From NCBI GenBank assembly GCA_964486505.1, contig CAZAMC010000002.1, forward strand, positions 129,656 to 193,655: a stretch of 64,000 bases of DNA, read 5' to 3'. The notes beneath the pieces are model-generated. The model worked only from the letters and a program-made list of their open reading frames with translations, ran no database searches and was not told where the DNA came from. Below are positions 56,725 through 64,000 of the stretch, piece by piece. Origin of the DNA: an uncultured Gammaproteobacteria bacterium. GTDB lineage: Bacteria; Patescibacteriota; Patescibacteriia; PEXW01. Positions within the stretch are counted from its first letter, which is position 1. Each line of letters opens with the position of its first letter. The position numbers were made by a program, and so were the translations under genes.

Positions 56725-57135
56725 ATGGATCAACAGCAACCGGTTATGAAGAAGCAGCGTTCCCTATGGTGGCTCGTCGTACTCGTTGTGGCTGCTTTGG
56801 GCGTGAGCATATGGTCGTGGGTAAGCAAAGATAGCGCGAACAGCAATACTGCCCCGACCAATACCGCAACGCAGAACGTTAACGTTGCGCCCACAACATA
56901 CACGTACCCAGGCCAGGATGGGAAGAATGCCCTCGAACTCCTGAAGACTGCCTACCCGAATACGACCACCAAGACGTCGAGCCTGGGCGAGTACGTGACG
57001 GCGATTAATGGCGTCGAGGCGGCGAGTAACCAGGGCTGGGTGTACACCGTGAACGGCGCTGAAGTGACAGTGGGTGCAGACAAGTACGTCACCAAGTCGG
57101 CCGATATTGTTGAGTGGAAGCTCACTTCGTTCTAA
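56725..57135 (+). CDS. membrane-anchored DUF4430 / transcobalamin C-terminal-like protein (putative B12 binder)
   Basis: ALELLK...GEYVTAING...WVYTVNG...VGADKY...VEW; directly downstream of the B12 riboswitch. Confidence 0.8.
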   Translation: MDQQQPVMKKQRSLWWLVVLVVAALGVSIWSWVSKDSANSNTAPTNTATQNVNVAPTTYTYPGQDGKNALELLKTAYPNTTTKTSSLGEYVTAINGVEAASNQGWVYTVNGAEVTVGADKYVTKSADIVEWKLTSF

Positions 57136-57145
57136 GTCCACGTCT

Positions 57146-57688
57146 ATGCGTCTTCGCCCCCTCCTTACTCCGACGAACCTCATTGCTTTCAGCTTGGTAG
57201 CCTTTGCGGCAGTGGCGCGGTTCTTGCCACACCCGCCGAATTTTGCACCGGTGGCCGCGATTGCCCTGTTCAGCGGAGTGTACCTCAGCAAACGCGTGTC
57301 GCTCGTCGTGCCCTTCGTCGCCATGGTCATATCCGACGTCTTCCTGGGCTTCCACAGCACGATTGGCTTCACCTGGGGCGGTATGATTCTGGTGGGGCTC
57401 ATTGGCTGGGCCGTCCAGAAACGGAAGACGGTCGCTACCGTTTTCGCCGGTGCGCTCGGGGCTTCGGTAACATTCTTCCTGCTTACGAACTTCGGGGTAT
57501 GGCTGGTTGGCAATATGGGCATGTACCCCAAAACACTTCCTGGTTTACTGGAAGCGTATACCATGGGCTTGCCGTTCTTCCGGAATACCCTGGCTGGTGA
57601 CCTCTTCTACGTGGCAGTTTTCTTTGGGGCTGCGGAGTTGGCCTTTGCCTGGGCACGCCGGCGGGCACGCATTGCCTCACATACCTAG
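57146..57688 (+). CDS. DUF6580 / BtuM-like ECF S-component membrane protein (putative B12 transporter)
   Basis: RFLPHPPNFAPVAAIALF, SD, FFLLTNFGVW, MGLPFFRN. Confidence 0.8.
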   Translation: MRLRPLLTPTNLIAFSLVAFAAVARFLPHPPNFAPVAAIALFSGVYLSKRVSLVVPFVAMVISDVFLGFHSTIGFTWGGMILVGLIGWAVQKRKTVATVFAGALGASVTFFLLTNFGVWLVGNMGMYPKTLPGLLEAYTMGLPFFRNTLAGDLFYVAVFFGAAELAFAWARRRARIASHT

Positions 57689-57770
57689 AATTCGCCTTTC
57701 CGATGAGTGCCAACGGCCCTGGGAGACGGGGCCGTTGCCATTCCGGAGCGCGCGCAGTACACTAGCCGCC

Positions 57771-58667
57771 ATGCGGAACTACCGCCGTTACACCTCCGGA
57801 ACTGGCCCTACATTTGGGTCCCCACGCCAGCGCGGCAAGGCCCGCCGGCCCCTTGTGGCCTTCCTGTTGTTTGTGGCTATTGTGGGCTTGGTATACGCGT
57901 ACATCCGGTCCGGGAAGCGGGTGAGCAACGTCAACGAATCGTCCACCAATGTGAATACCGTGAGCACCCAGGTTGCTCGGCCAGCCGCCCTCACAACGGC
58001 CGCGTGCCCCGACGAGCTCCCAGGCGTGACCACAACGGAAAAGATTGTGGCGCTCACTTTTGATGTCGGCACGCTCCCGGGGGACCTGACGAAAACTGTG
58101 CCAGCCGTGAAAGCGGCGAATGTGCCGGCGACGTTCTTCGTGACTGGCAAGCTTGTGGAGACGGATCGCGCCGCCGTAGAGGCCATTCACACTGCCGGCT
58201 TCCCGATTTACAATCATACCTACGATAATTTGCGATTCTCCAAGCTCACGCCCAAGGAAGTGCAGGCGCAGCTGCAAGCCACCGATGACCTCATCCGGGG
58301 GGTGACGAATGCAACCACGAAGCCGTACGCGCGTATTCCTTTTGGGGACAGCACGCCCGAAGCGCTCACCGCTATGCGGGAGGCGGGGTACTGCGGTCTC
58401 ACCTGGACTGTTGATGGTTTAGATATCGAAAGTACAGCGACGGTAACGAGTGTTGTGCAGCGCGTCCAGCGGTACGTTCGGCCCGGGGCAATTGTTCTCC
58501 TCCACGCGGGTAGCGACCTCGCCGCCACCGCGACACCGCAGATGGTAGCGGCACTCCAGGAGGCGGGATATCGGTTTGTCTCTCTGGATGATCTTTTCCG
58601 CGCGCAGGCACAGAGTACGAATACGAACACCAGCGCTGGCAATCAAAACGTGAACGCCGCGGCCTAG
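57771..58667 (+). CDS. polysaccharide deacetylase (NodB-like)
   Basis: TM; ALTFD, ATFFVTG, NHTY, RIPFG, IVLLH. Confidence 0.88.
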   Translation: MRNYRRYTSGTGPTFGSPRQRGKARRPLVAFLLFVAIVGLVYAYIRSGKRVSNVNESSTNVNTVSTQVARPAALTTAACPDELPGVTTTEKIVALTFDVGTLPGDLTKTVPAVKAANVPATFFVTGKLVETDRAAVEAIHTAGFPIYNHTYDNLRFSKLTPKEVQAQLQATDDLIRGVTNATTKPYARIPFGDSTPEALTAMREAGYCGLTWTVDGLDIESTATVTSVVQRVQRYVRPGAIVLLHAGSDLAATATPQMVAALQEAGYRFVSLDDLFRAQAQSTNTNTSAGNQNVNAAA

Positions 58668-58734
58668 CAGGGCCTTCAGCAATTCTTCAGGTACGGGTAT
58701 TACCGTTGTCTGCACATGTCACCGTTGCTTTGCC

Positions 58735-58755
58735 TACTACACGGTGTGGTATACT
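58735..58755 (+). promoter_or_regulatory. third BlaI/CopY-type operator overlapping the extended -10 of htrA
   Basis: TACTAC-ACGGT-GTGGTA (58735-51); TGGTATACT. Confidence 0.65.
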
Positions 58756-58788
58756 TGCTCGTGACGCTCGCATTTATGTGAACGCCAT

Positions 58789-60021
58789 ATGAACGACTCC
58801 CTTCCCCCAACACCCCCGAAACCCCAACCTCGTTTTTCGCAAGTGACACTCACCGTTGCCGTCCTGCTGAGTCTTGTGCTGGGCACGATTGGTGGTGGCG
58901 TTGCAGGCGCTGTGGTAACGGGAAAGCTTGGCACCTGGTTTCACCGAACGCCCCAGGTCACGGTCGCCGATGCCACGGGCAGCAGCACGACGCTCCAGGT
59001 GGAGGAAGAGTCCGCCACAATAAGCGTGGTGGAGAAGGCCCAGAAATCGGTGGTGAGCATCGTCGCCACCAAAGACTTGAGCAAGGTTAACAGCCAGCAG
59101 GGAAGTCTGTTCCCCTTTGAAGACTTCTTCGGTTTTAGCACTCCCCAAGTACCACAAGGCAAGCAGGAGGTAAGCAGCGGCACGGGTTTCATTGTAAGTA
59201 CGGATGGCTATGTTATTACCAACAAGCACGTGGTAGAAGACAAAGATGCGGAATACACCATCATCATGAATGATGGACAGCGCTACGCCGCTACGGTTGT
59301 GGCCACAGATCCGGTGAATGACTTAGCCATTGTGAAGTTTACGGCCGAGAACCTCACCGCTCTGGAGCTTGGCGATTCGTCGAAACTCGAGACCGGTCAG
59401 ACGGTCATTGCAATTGGGAATGCGCTGGGATACCGCAATACGGTAACAAAGGGTGTGGTTTCTGGACTCGCACGGCGTGTGACCGCAGGCAATGGGCAGT
59501 CAGCTGAGACTCTAGAAGACGTCATTCAAACGGACGCGGCCATTAACTTTGGGAATTCCGGCGGGCCACTGCTCAACCTCGCCGGCCAAGTGGTGGGCGT
59601 GAATACCGCGGTCAGCCAGGAGGGACAGCTCATTGGCTTTGCCATCCCGGTGAGTCAGGCAAAGCTGGTGTTCGAGAGCGTGAAAGCTACGGGAAAAGTG
59701 GTGCGGTCGTACATTGGAGTGCGTTACATTCCCATAACCAAGAACCTCCAAGAGCAGAATAAGCTCACTGTGGACTACGGCGTCCTTATCCAACGGGGGA
59801 CGAACCAGAGTGAACTCGCCATCATCCCCTCCAGCCCGGCAGACAAAGCTGGCCTGCAAGAGAATGACATCATTTTGGAAATTGATGGAGTGAAGCTCGA
59901 TAGTGAGCACTCGCTCACTGGCGAAGTGCAGAAGCATAAGCCTGGCGACACGGTTGAGCTCAAGGTGCTGAGCAAAGGCAAAGAAAAAACTGTAACCGTT
60001 ACGTTGGAGGAGTTGAAGTAA
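58789..60021 (+). CDS. htrA: HtrA/DegP serine protease with one PDZ domain
   Basis: GTGFIV, TNKHVV, DLAIVK, TDAAINFGNSGGPL, PDZ. Confidence 0.95.
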   Translation: MNDSLPPTPPKPQPRFSQVTLTVAVLLSLVLGTIGGGVAGAVVTGKLGTWFHRTPQVTVADATGSSTTLQVEEESATISVVEKAQKSVVSIVATKDLSKVNSQQGSLFPFEDFFGFSTPQVPQGKQEVSSGTGFIVSTDGYVITNKHVVEDKDAEYTIIMNDGQRYAATVVATDPVNDLAIVKFTAENLTALELGDSSKLETGQTVIAIGNALGYRNTVTKGVVSGLARRVTAGNGQSAETLEDVIQTDAAINFGNSGGPLLNLAGQVVGVNTAVSQEGQLIGFAIPVSQAKLVFESVKATGKVVRSYIGVRYIPITKNLQEQNKLTVDYGVLIQRGTNQSELAIIPSSPADKAGLQENDIILEIDGVKLDSEHSLTGEVQKHKPGDTVELKVLSKGKEKTVTVTLEELK

Positions 60022-60038
60022 CCTTCTGCTTCACAAAG

Positions 60039-60069
60039 AAACCCCCGGCCAAGATTGGACGGGGGTTTT
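60039..60069. terminator. bidirectional intrinsic terminator
   Basis: AAACCCCCG-G-CCAA-GA-TTGG-A-CGGGGGTTTT. Confidence 0.75.
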
Positions 60070-60072
60070 CGT

Positions 60073-61416
60073 CTACAGGAAAGGTGCGTAGGTTGCAATT
60101 TCGTACGGGTGAACAGTACGGTTGAAGTCAGAGAGCTCCTGGCGCTTGCTGGCCAGGAGGCGTTCGAACAGGTGGTCACCCACCAGCTGCCGTACCCGCG
60201 TTGACTGCTGGAAATCCTCCATTGTGCCCCGCAGTGTGCCGTGGAGCGAACGGATGTTGCGGGCCGCCCGGGCCGCGTCGTCCAGGTGGTAGAGGTCGTC
60301 TTCGGCCGGGTCCTCCAAAGTGAGGCCCTCGGCAATGCCGTGCAGACCCATGTCCAGCATGGCGGCGAAGGCGAGGTACGGATTGCAACCGGGGTCGGCG
60401 TTGCGCAGCTCGATGCGCGTGGCCTTGTCTTTCCCCGGCTGGTACTCCGGAATGCGCACGAGCGCCGACCGGTTTTTCTGCCCCCAGGCAACGTAGACCG
60501 GTGCTTCGAAACCCGGCACCAACCGCTTGTATGAGTTCACCCACTGGTTGAGCAGCAGCTGGTACTCGCGGATGTAGCGGAAGATGCCAGCAACGTAGGA
60601 CCGAGCGGTGCCGGAGAGGAAGTACGGTGCCGCGTCTTTGTCGAAGAAAGCGTTCACCTCGCCCGTGAAGAGCGACTGGTGCACGTGCATGCCCGAGCCA
60701 TTCTCCCCGAAAAGCGGCTTAGGCATGAAGCAGGCCCAGAGCTGCCGCTGCGCCGCCAGGTCTTTCACCACCATGCGGTAGAGCACGGCGATGTCCGCCA
60801 TGCGCAGAGCGTCACTGTAGCGCAGGTCAATTTCCTGCTGCGACGGCGCCACTTCGTGGTGGTGCCCCTCCACGTGAATGTCCATGGCCTCGAGAGCATC
60901 CACGACTTCCTGCCGAGCCGCGTCACCTTCGTGCGTCATGGTGAAGCTGAAGTACCCTTCGGCATCCAGCGTCTGCGGCGGACAGGTGTCTGGGCGGAAG
61001 TAGAAGTACTCAATTTCCGGCCCGCAGTAGAAATGGTCGAAGTCCATGCTCTTCGCCCGGTCGAGCGCGCGCTGCAGCACCCAGCGAGAGTCGCCGGCGA
61101 ACGGCTGCGTGTCGGCATTGCAGACGTTGCAGAACGCCACAGCCGTCGGGGCGCCGCCGGGGGAGTAGGGCAACACCCAGAAGCTCTCGAGATCCGGCCA
61201 GAGCACTTTGTCGCTCTCGTGGATGCGGACGAAGCCCTCGATGGATGAACCATCGAAGCCCTGGCCGCGTTCCAGCACGTTTGCGAATTCTTTCCGGGTG
61301 ACGATCTGCCCTTTCAGTCGGCCCAGCGGGTCGACGAAGAGTAGACGAATGGACTTCACCTTCCCGTCATCCAGGAGTGTATTCACCTTCTGGACGCGGT
61401 CATCTGTGTAGGTCAA
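60073..61416 (-). CDS. glnA: glutamine synthetase type I
   Basis: GFDGSSI, HHEVA, FMPKP...NGSGMHVHQS, NSYKRLVPGFEAP, RIELR; TTG start after AAGGAGG. Confidence 0.95.
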   Translation of the reverse strand: MTYTDDRVQKVNTLLDDGKVKSIRLLFVDPLGRLKGQIVTRKEFANVLERGQGFDGSSIEGFVRIHESDKVLWPDLESFWVLPYSPGGAPTAVAFCNVCNADTQPFAGDSRWVLQRALDRAKSMDFDHFYCGPEIEYFYFRPDTCPPQTLDAEGYFSFTMTHEGDAARQEVVDALEAMDIHVEGHHHEVAPSQQEIDLRYSDALRMADIAVLYRMVVKDLAAQRQLWACFMPKPLFGENGSGMHVHQSLFTGEVNAFFDKDAAPYFLSGTARSYVAGIFRYIREYQLLLNQWVNSYKRLVPGFEAPVYVAWGQKNRSALVRIPEYQPGKDKATRIELRNADPGCNPYLAFAAMLDMGLHGIAEGLTLEDPAEDDLYHLDDAARAARNIRSLHGTLRGTMEDFQQSTRVRQLVGDHLFERLLASKRQELSDFNRTVHPYEIATYAPFL

Positions 61417-61620
61417 TGGAAACCTCCTTACGGTTATCAGTTCATGGTTGGGAATGGGCGTTTTCTGCAAAAACGACGAAATGCCTGTTCCGCCCAAGGG
61501 GTTGGAGCACGGCGTGTGTGTTTTTGCGACGCGGGGGCCGCGCCGATGGCGGGAGTGTACTGGGGGAATGGCCGGTCGTCAAGCCTTGCTCCCCGGCAGA
61601 GCGCGCGGTACACTGCGCCC

Positions 61621-62716
61621 ATGCCCAGCCTTCCTGACCAGATCCGCGACCTCCAGGCGAAGCTTGCTTCGGCTTGGAGGTTACTTTGACCTTGATCAGC
61701 GTCGGCAACGGCTTGGTGAGCTTGATGACCAGATGGCGCAAGCGGATTTTTGGTCTGACCAAGAGCACGCGCGGGGCGTGAGCCAGCAGGCGGAGGCGCT
61801 GCGGAAAGAAGTGGGGGAATGGCAGCAGCTGAAAGCCAATCTGGATGACCTCGGCCACCTGGCAGGCGAGGTTGGAGACGACGCGAAGCTTACGGCCGAG
61901 ATAACCGAACAATTCCAACAGTTGAAGACGCAGTACGACGGTTTGGAATTTCAAGTACTCCTGGCGGGCGAGTACGATGAGCGTGATGTCATTTTCGCGG
62001 TCCACGCAGGCACGGGCGGCACCGATGCGCAGGACTGGGCAGAAATGCTCTTGCGAATGCTCCTGCGTTTCTGCGAGCGGCATGGTTGGAGCGCACGGGT
62101 TGTGGATGAGTCGAAGGGGCAAGAGGCCGGTGTGAAGAGTGCCACGGTGATTGTGCGTGGTCGCTGGGCGTACGGGTACCTGAAGAGCGAAGCGGGTGTG
62201 CACCGGCTTGTGCGTATCTCGCCCTTCGATGCCGAGAAGATGCGGCATACCTCCTTTGCGCTTGTGGAAGTGCTGCCCGAATTTGCCGATGTGGCAGAGC
62301 AACCCATTGATGACAAAGACTTGCGCATTGATACTTACCTCTCGTCTGGCCACGGTGGGCAGAGCGTGCAGACAACGTACTCAGCCGTGCGTATCGTGCA
62401 CATTCCTACCGGCATTACCGTGAGTTGCCAGAACGAACGTTCGCAGAAGCAGAACAAGGAAACGGCCCTGAGCATTCTGCGGGCCAAGCTTCACCAATTG
62501 GAAATCGCCAAGCAACAGGATGAGAAGCAAGCCCTGCGCGGCGCGTACAGTGAGGCAGCGTGGGGCAACCAAATTCGTAGCTACGTGCTGCAGCCGTACC
62601 AGTTAGTGAAAGACCACCGCACAAACGTGGAGACCACTGATCCCGACGATGTGCTGAACGGCCATTTGGAACCTTTCATCGAAGGCTACCTGCGCTGGCA
62701 AGCCGGGAAGAAGTAG
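61621..62716 (+). CDS. prfB: peptide chain release factor 2 with programmed +1 frameshift
   Basis: GGAGG-TTA-CTT-TGA-C at 61676-61690; SPF motif, GGQ motif. Confidence 0.96.
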
Positions 62717-62815
62717 CCTGGAGGGTTTTTGACACCCACCTACCCACGCGGTAAGGTGGTTTTCACCAAACACCGAAACATGAACGTTATTTGATAAACC
62801 GAAAGGAGTCACCCT

Positions 62816-64000
62816 ATGTGTGGCGTAGAAGGGTACGTTGGCCGTCAGGCCGCTGTCCCGGTTCTCATTAATGGATTGAAACGGGTTGAGTACCGTGGGT
62901 ACGACTCGAGCGGCATTGCGATTGTGGTAAACGGTGAGCTCTGCATTGTCAAACGCGTTGGGAAGATTATCAATCTGATCAACGCGCTGACCGGCAAAGT
63001 ACTTGACGAAGCAACGTCAGGTATTGCACACACCCGTTGGGCAACGCACGGCCCGCCGTCCGATGCAAACGCTCATCCGCACGCTTCGTGCCGGAACCAC
63101 GTGGCGGTGGTGCACAATGGCATCATTACCAATCACGGGACGCTGCGGCAGATGCTAAAAGGCCGTCAGCACATCTTCCGTTCGGAAACCGATACAGAGG
63201 TGCTTGCCCACCTCATCGGCGAGTACTTGAACGGCGATCCGATGGAGGCCGTGCGCACCGCGCTCACGGAGGTCGAAGGAACGTACGCGCTCGCGGTTAT
63301 GTTCCGGGATTATCCGAACACCATCGTCTTTGCGAAGAACGGGAAGTGCCCGCTGCGCCTCGGCATTGGTGACGGAGAGTACTTCGTCGCTTCCGATGCA
63401 GCGTCGTTCCGGGAGTACACCGATCAGTACATTCTCGTGGAGGATGGGCAGATGGGGTACATCTGTCCGAGCGGCTACCAGATTACCGACATGAATAAAG
63501 TGCCGGTGTCACCGAAGGTGGAGAGAATCGAGTGGGAGCTCAGCCAAATTGAGAAGGGTGGGGAGCCACACTTCATGCTCGGTGAGATCAAGGGGCAGCC
63601 TCTGAGCGTTGCCACGGCTATTGCGGGTAAGCTCGCGGATGATGGCCTGGTGAAGTTCGGCGGTCTGGAAGACCAGCGTTTGGTCTTGCAAACTGCATCG
63701 AACGTCATTCTCGCGGCCGCGGGCACGTCGCTCAATTCCGCACGGTATGGCGCTATCTTGTTCCAAGAAATTGCTGGTCTTCCAGCGCAGTATGCAAATG
63801 CGTCGGAGCTGGCGAATCAGCAAAAACCCTGTTTCATTCCGGGCTCAATTGCTTGGGCCATAAGTCAGTCGGGCGAGACCGCCGACTTACTCCATGCCAT
63901 GGGCACCCTCCGAAGACTGGAGATTCCTATCTTCGGTCTGGTGAATGTGGTGGATAGCACGATTGCCCGCGAGACGCTGGCAGGCGCGTACCTCCATGTC
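62816..64000 (+). CDS. glmS: glutamine--fructose-6-phosphate transaminase (partial, runs off the window)
   Basis: MCG start, EYRGYDSSG, HTRWATHG, VHNGII, SETDTEV, SQSGETAD. Confidence 0.95.
   Translation, partial: MCGVEGYVGRQAAVPVLINGLKRVEYRGYDSSGIAIVVNGELCIVKRVGKIINLINALTGKVLDEATSGIAHTRWATHGPPSDANAHPHASCRNHVAVVHNGIITNHGTLRQMLKGRQHIFRSETDTEVLAHLIGEYLNGDPMEAVRTALTEVEGTYALAVMFRDYPNTIVFAKNGKCPLRLGIGDGEYFVASDAASFREYTDQYILVEDGQMGYICPSGYQITDMNKVPVSPKVERIEWELSQIEKGGEPHFMLGEIKGQPLSVATAIAGKLADDGLVKFGGLEDQRLVLQTASNVILAAAGTSLNSARYGAILFQEIAGLPAQYANASELANQQKPCFIPGSIAWAISQSGETADLLHAMGTLRRLEIPIFGLVNVVDSTIARETLAGAYLHV

Noticed and set aside
61448-61689. prfB as a pseudogene, or starting at 61448
   Set aside because: The canonical programmed +1 frameshift explains the split frames; the true start is 61621
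62717-62815. glmS ribozyme upstream of glmS
   Set aside because: No AGCGCC...GACGAGG core; the region is explained by the prfB terminator overlapping a TTGACA/TAAGGT promoter

Overview
Bacterial chromosome segment, most likely from a Candidate Phyla Radiation / Patescibacteria (Parcubacteria-like) genome. This is inferred from the CPR-type TrbC/VirB2 pilin-led giant surface protein, multiple DsbA paralogues, rpiB-rpe-pfkB cluster and many short orphan genes. Housekeeping genes: parAB, topA-dprA, mfd, pth, der, lepB-hisS-HIT, rpsU-yqeY, ybeY-dgkA, ftsAZ, nrdR-nrdJ, htrA, glnA, frameshifted prfB, partial glmS and four tRNAs. Accessory content: a blaI/M56-led copper-resistance operon, a cobalamin-riboswitch-controlled B12 uptake pair near cobO, and an array of about 10 monocistronic orphan genes. 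No CRISPR, IS, integrase or prophage genes are visible. Most notable unexplained signals: (1) a promoter- and terminator-bounded ~175-nt non-coding RNA between pth and mfd, with a 26-bp G-U-containing helix and an exposed anti-Shine-Dalgarno-like loop; (2) a 17-bp palindromic operator (TACTACACnGTGTAGTA) shared by the blaI-cop, dsbA-lgt-dsbA and htrA promoters, suggesting a BlaIR-type copper/envelope-stress regulon; (3) several candidate novel leader RNAs; (4) a split between leaderless core genes and SD-led accessory genes. All calls are from reading the sequence by eye; no searches or folding programs were run.
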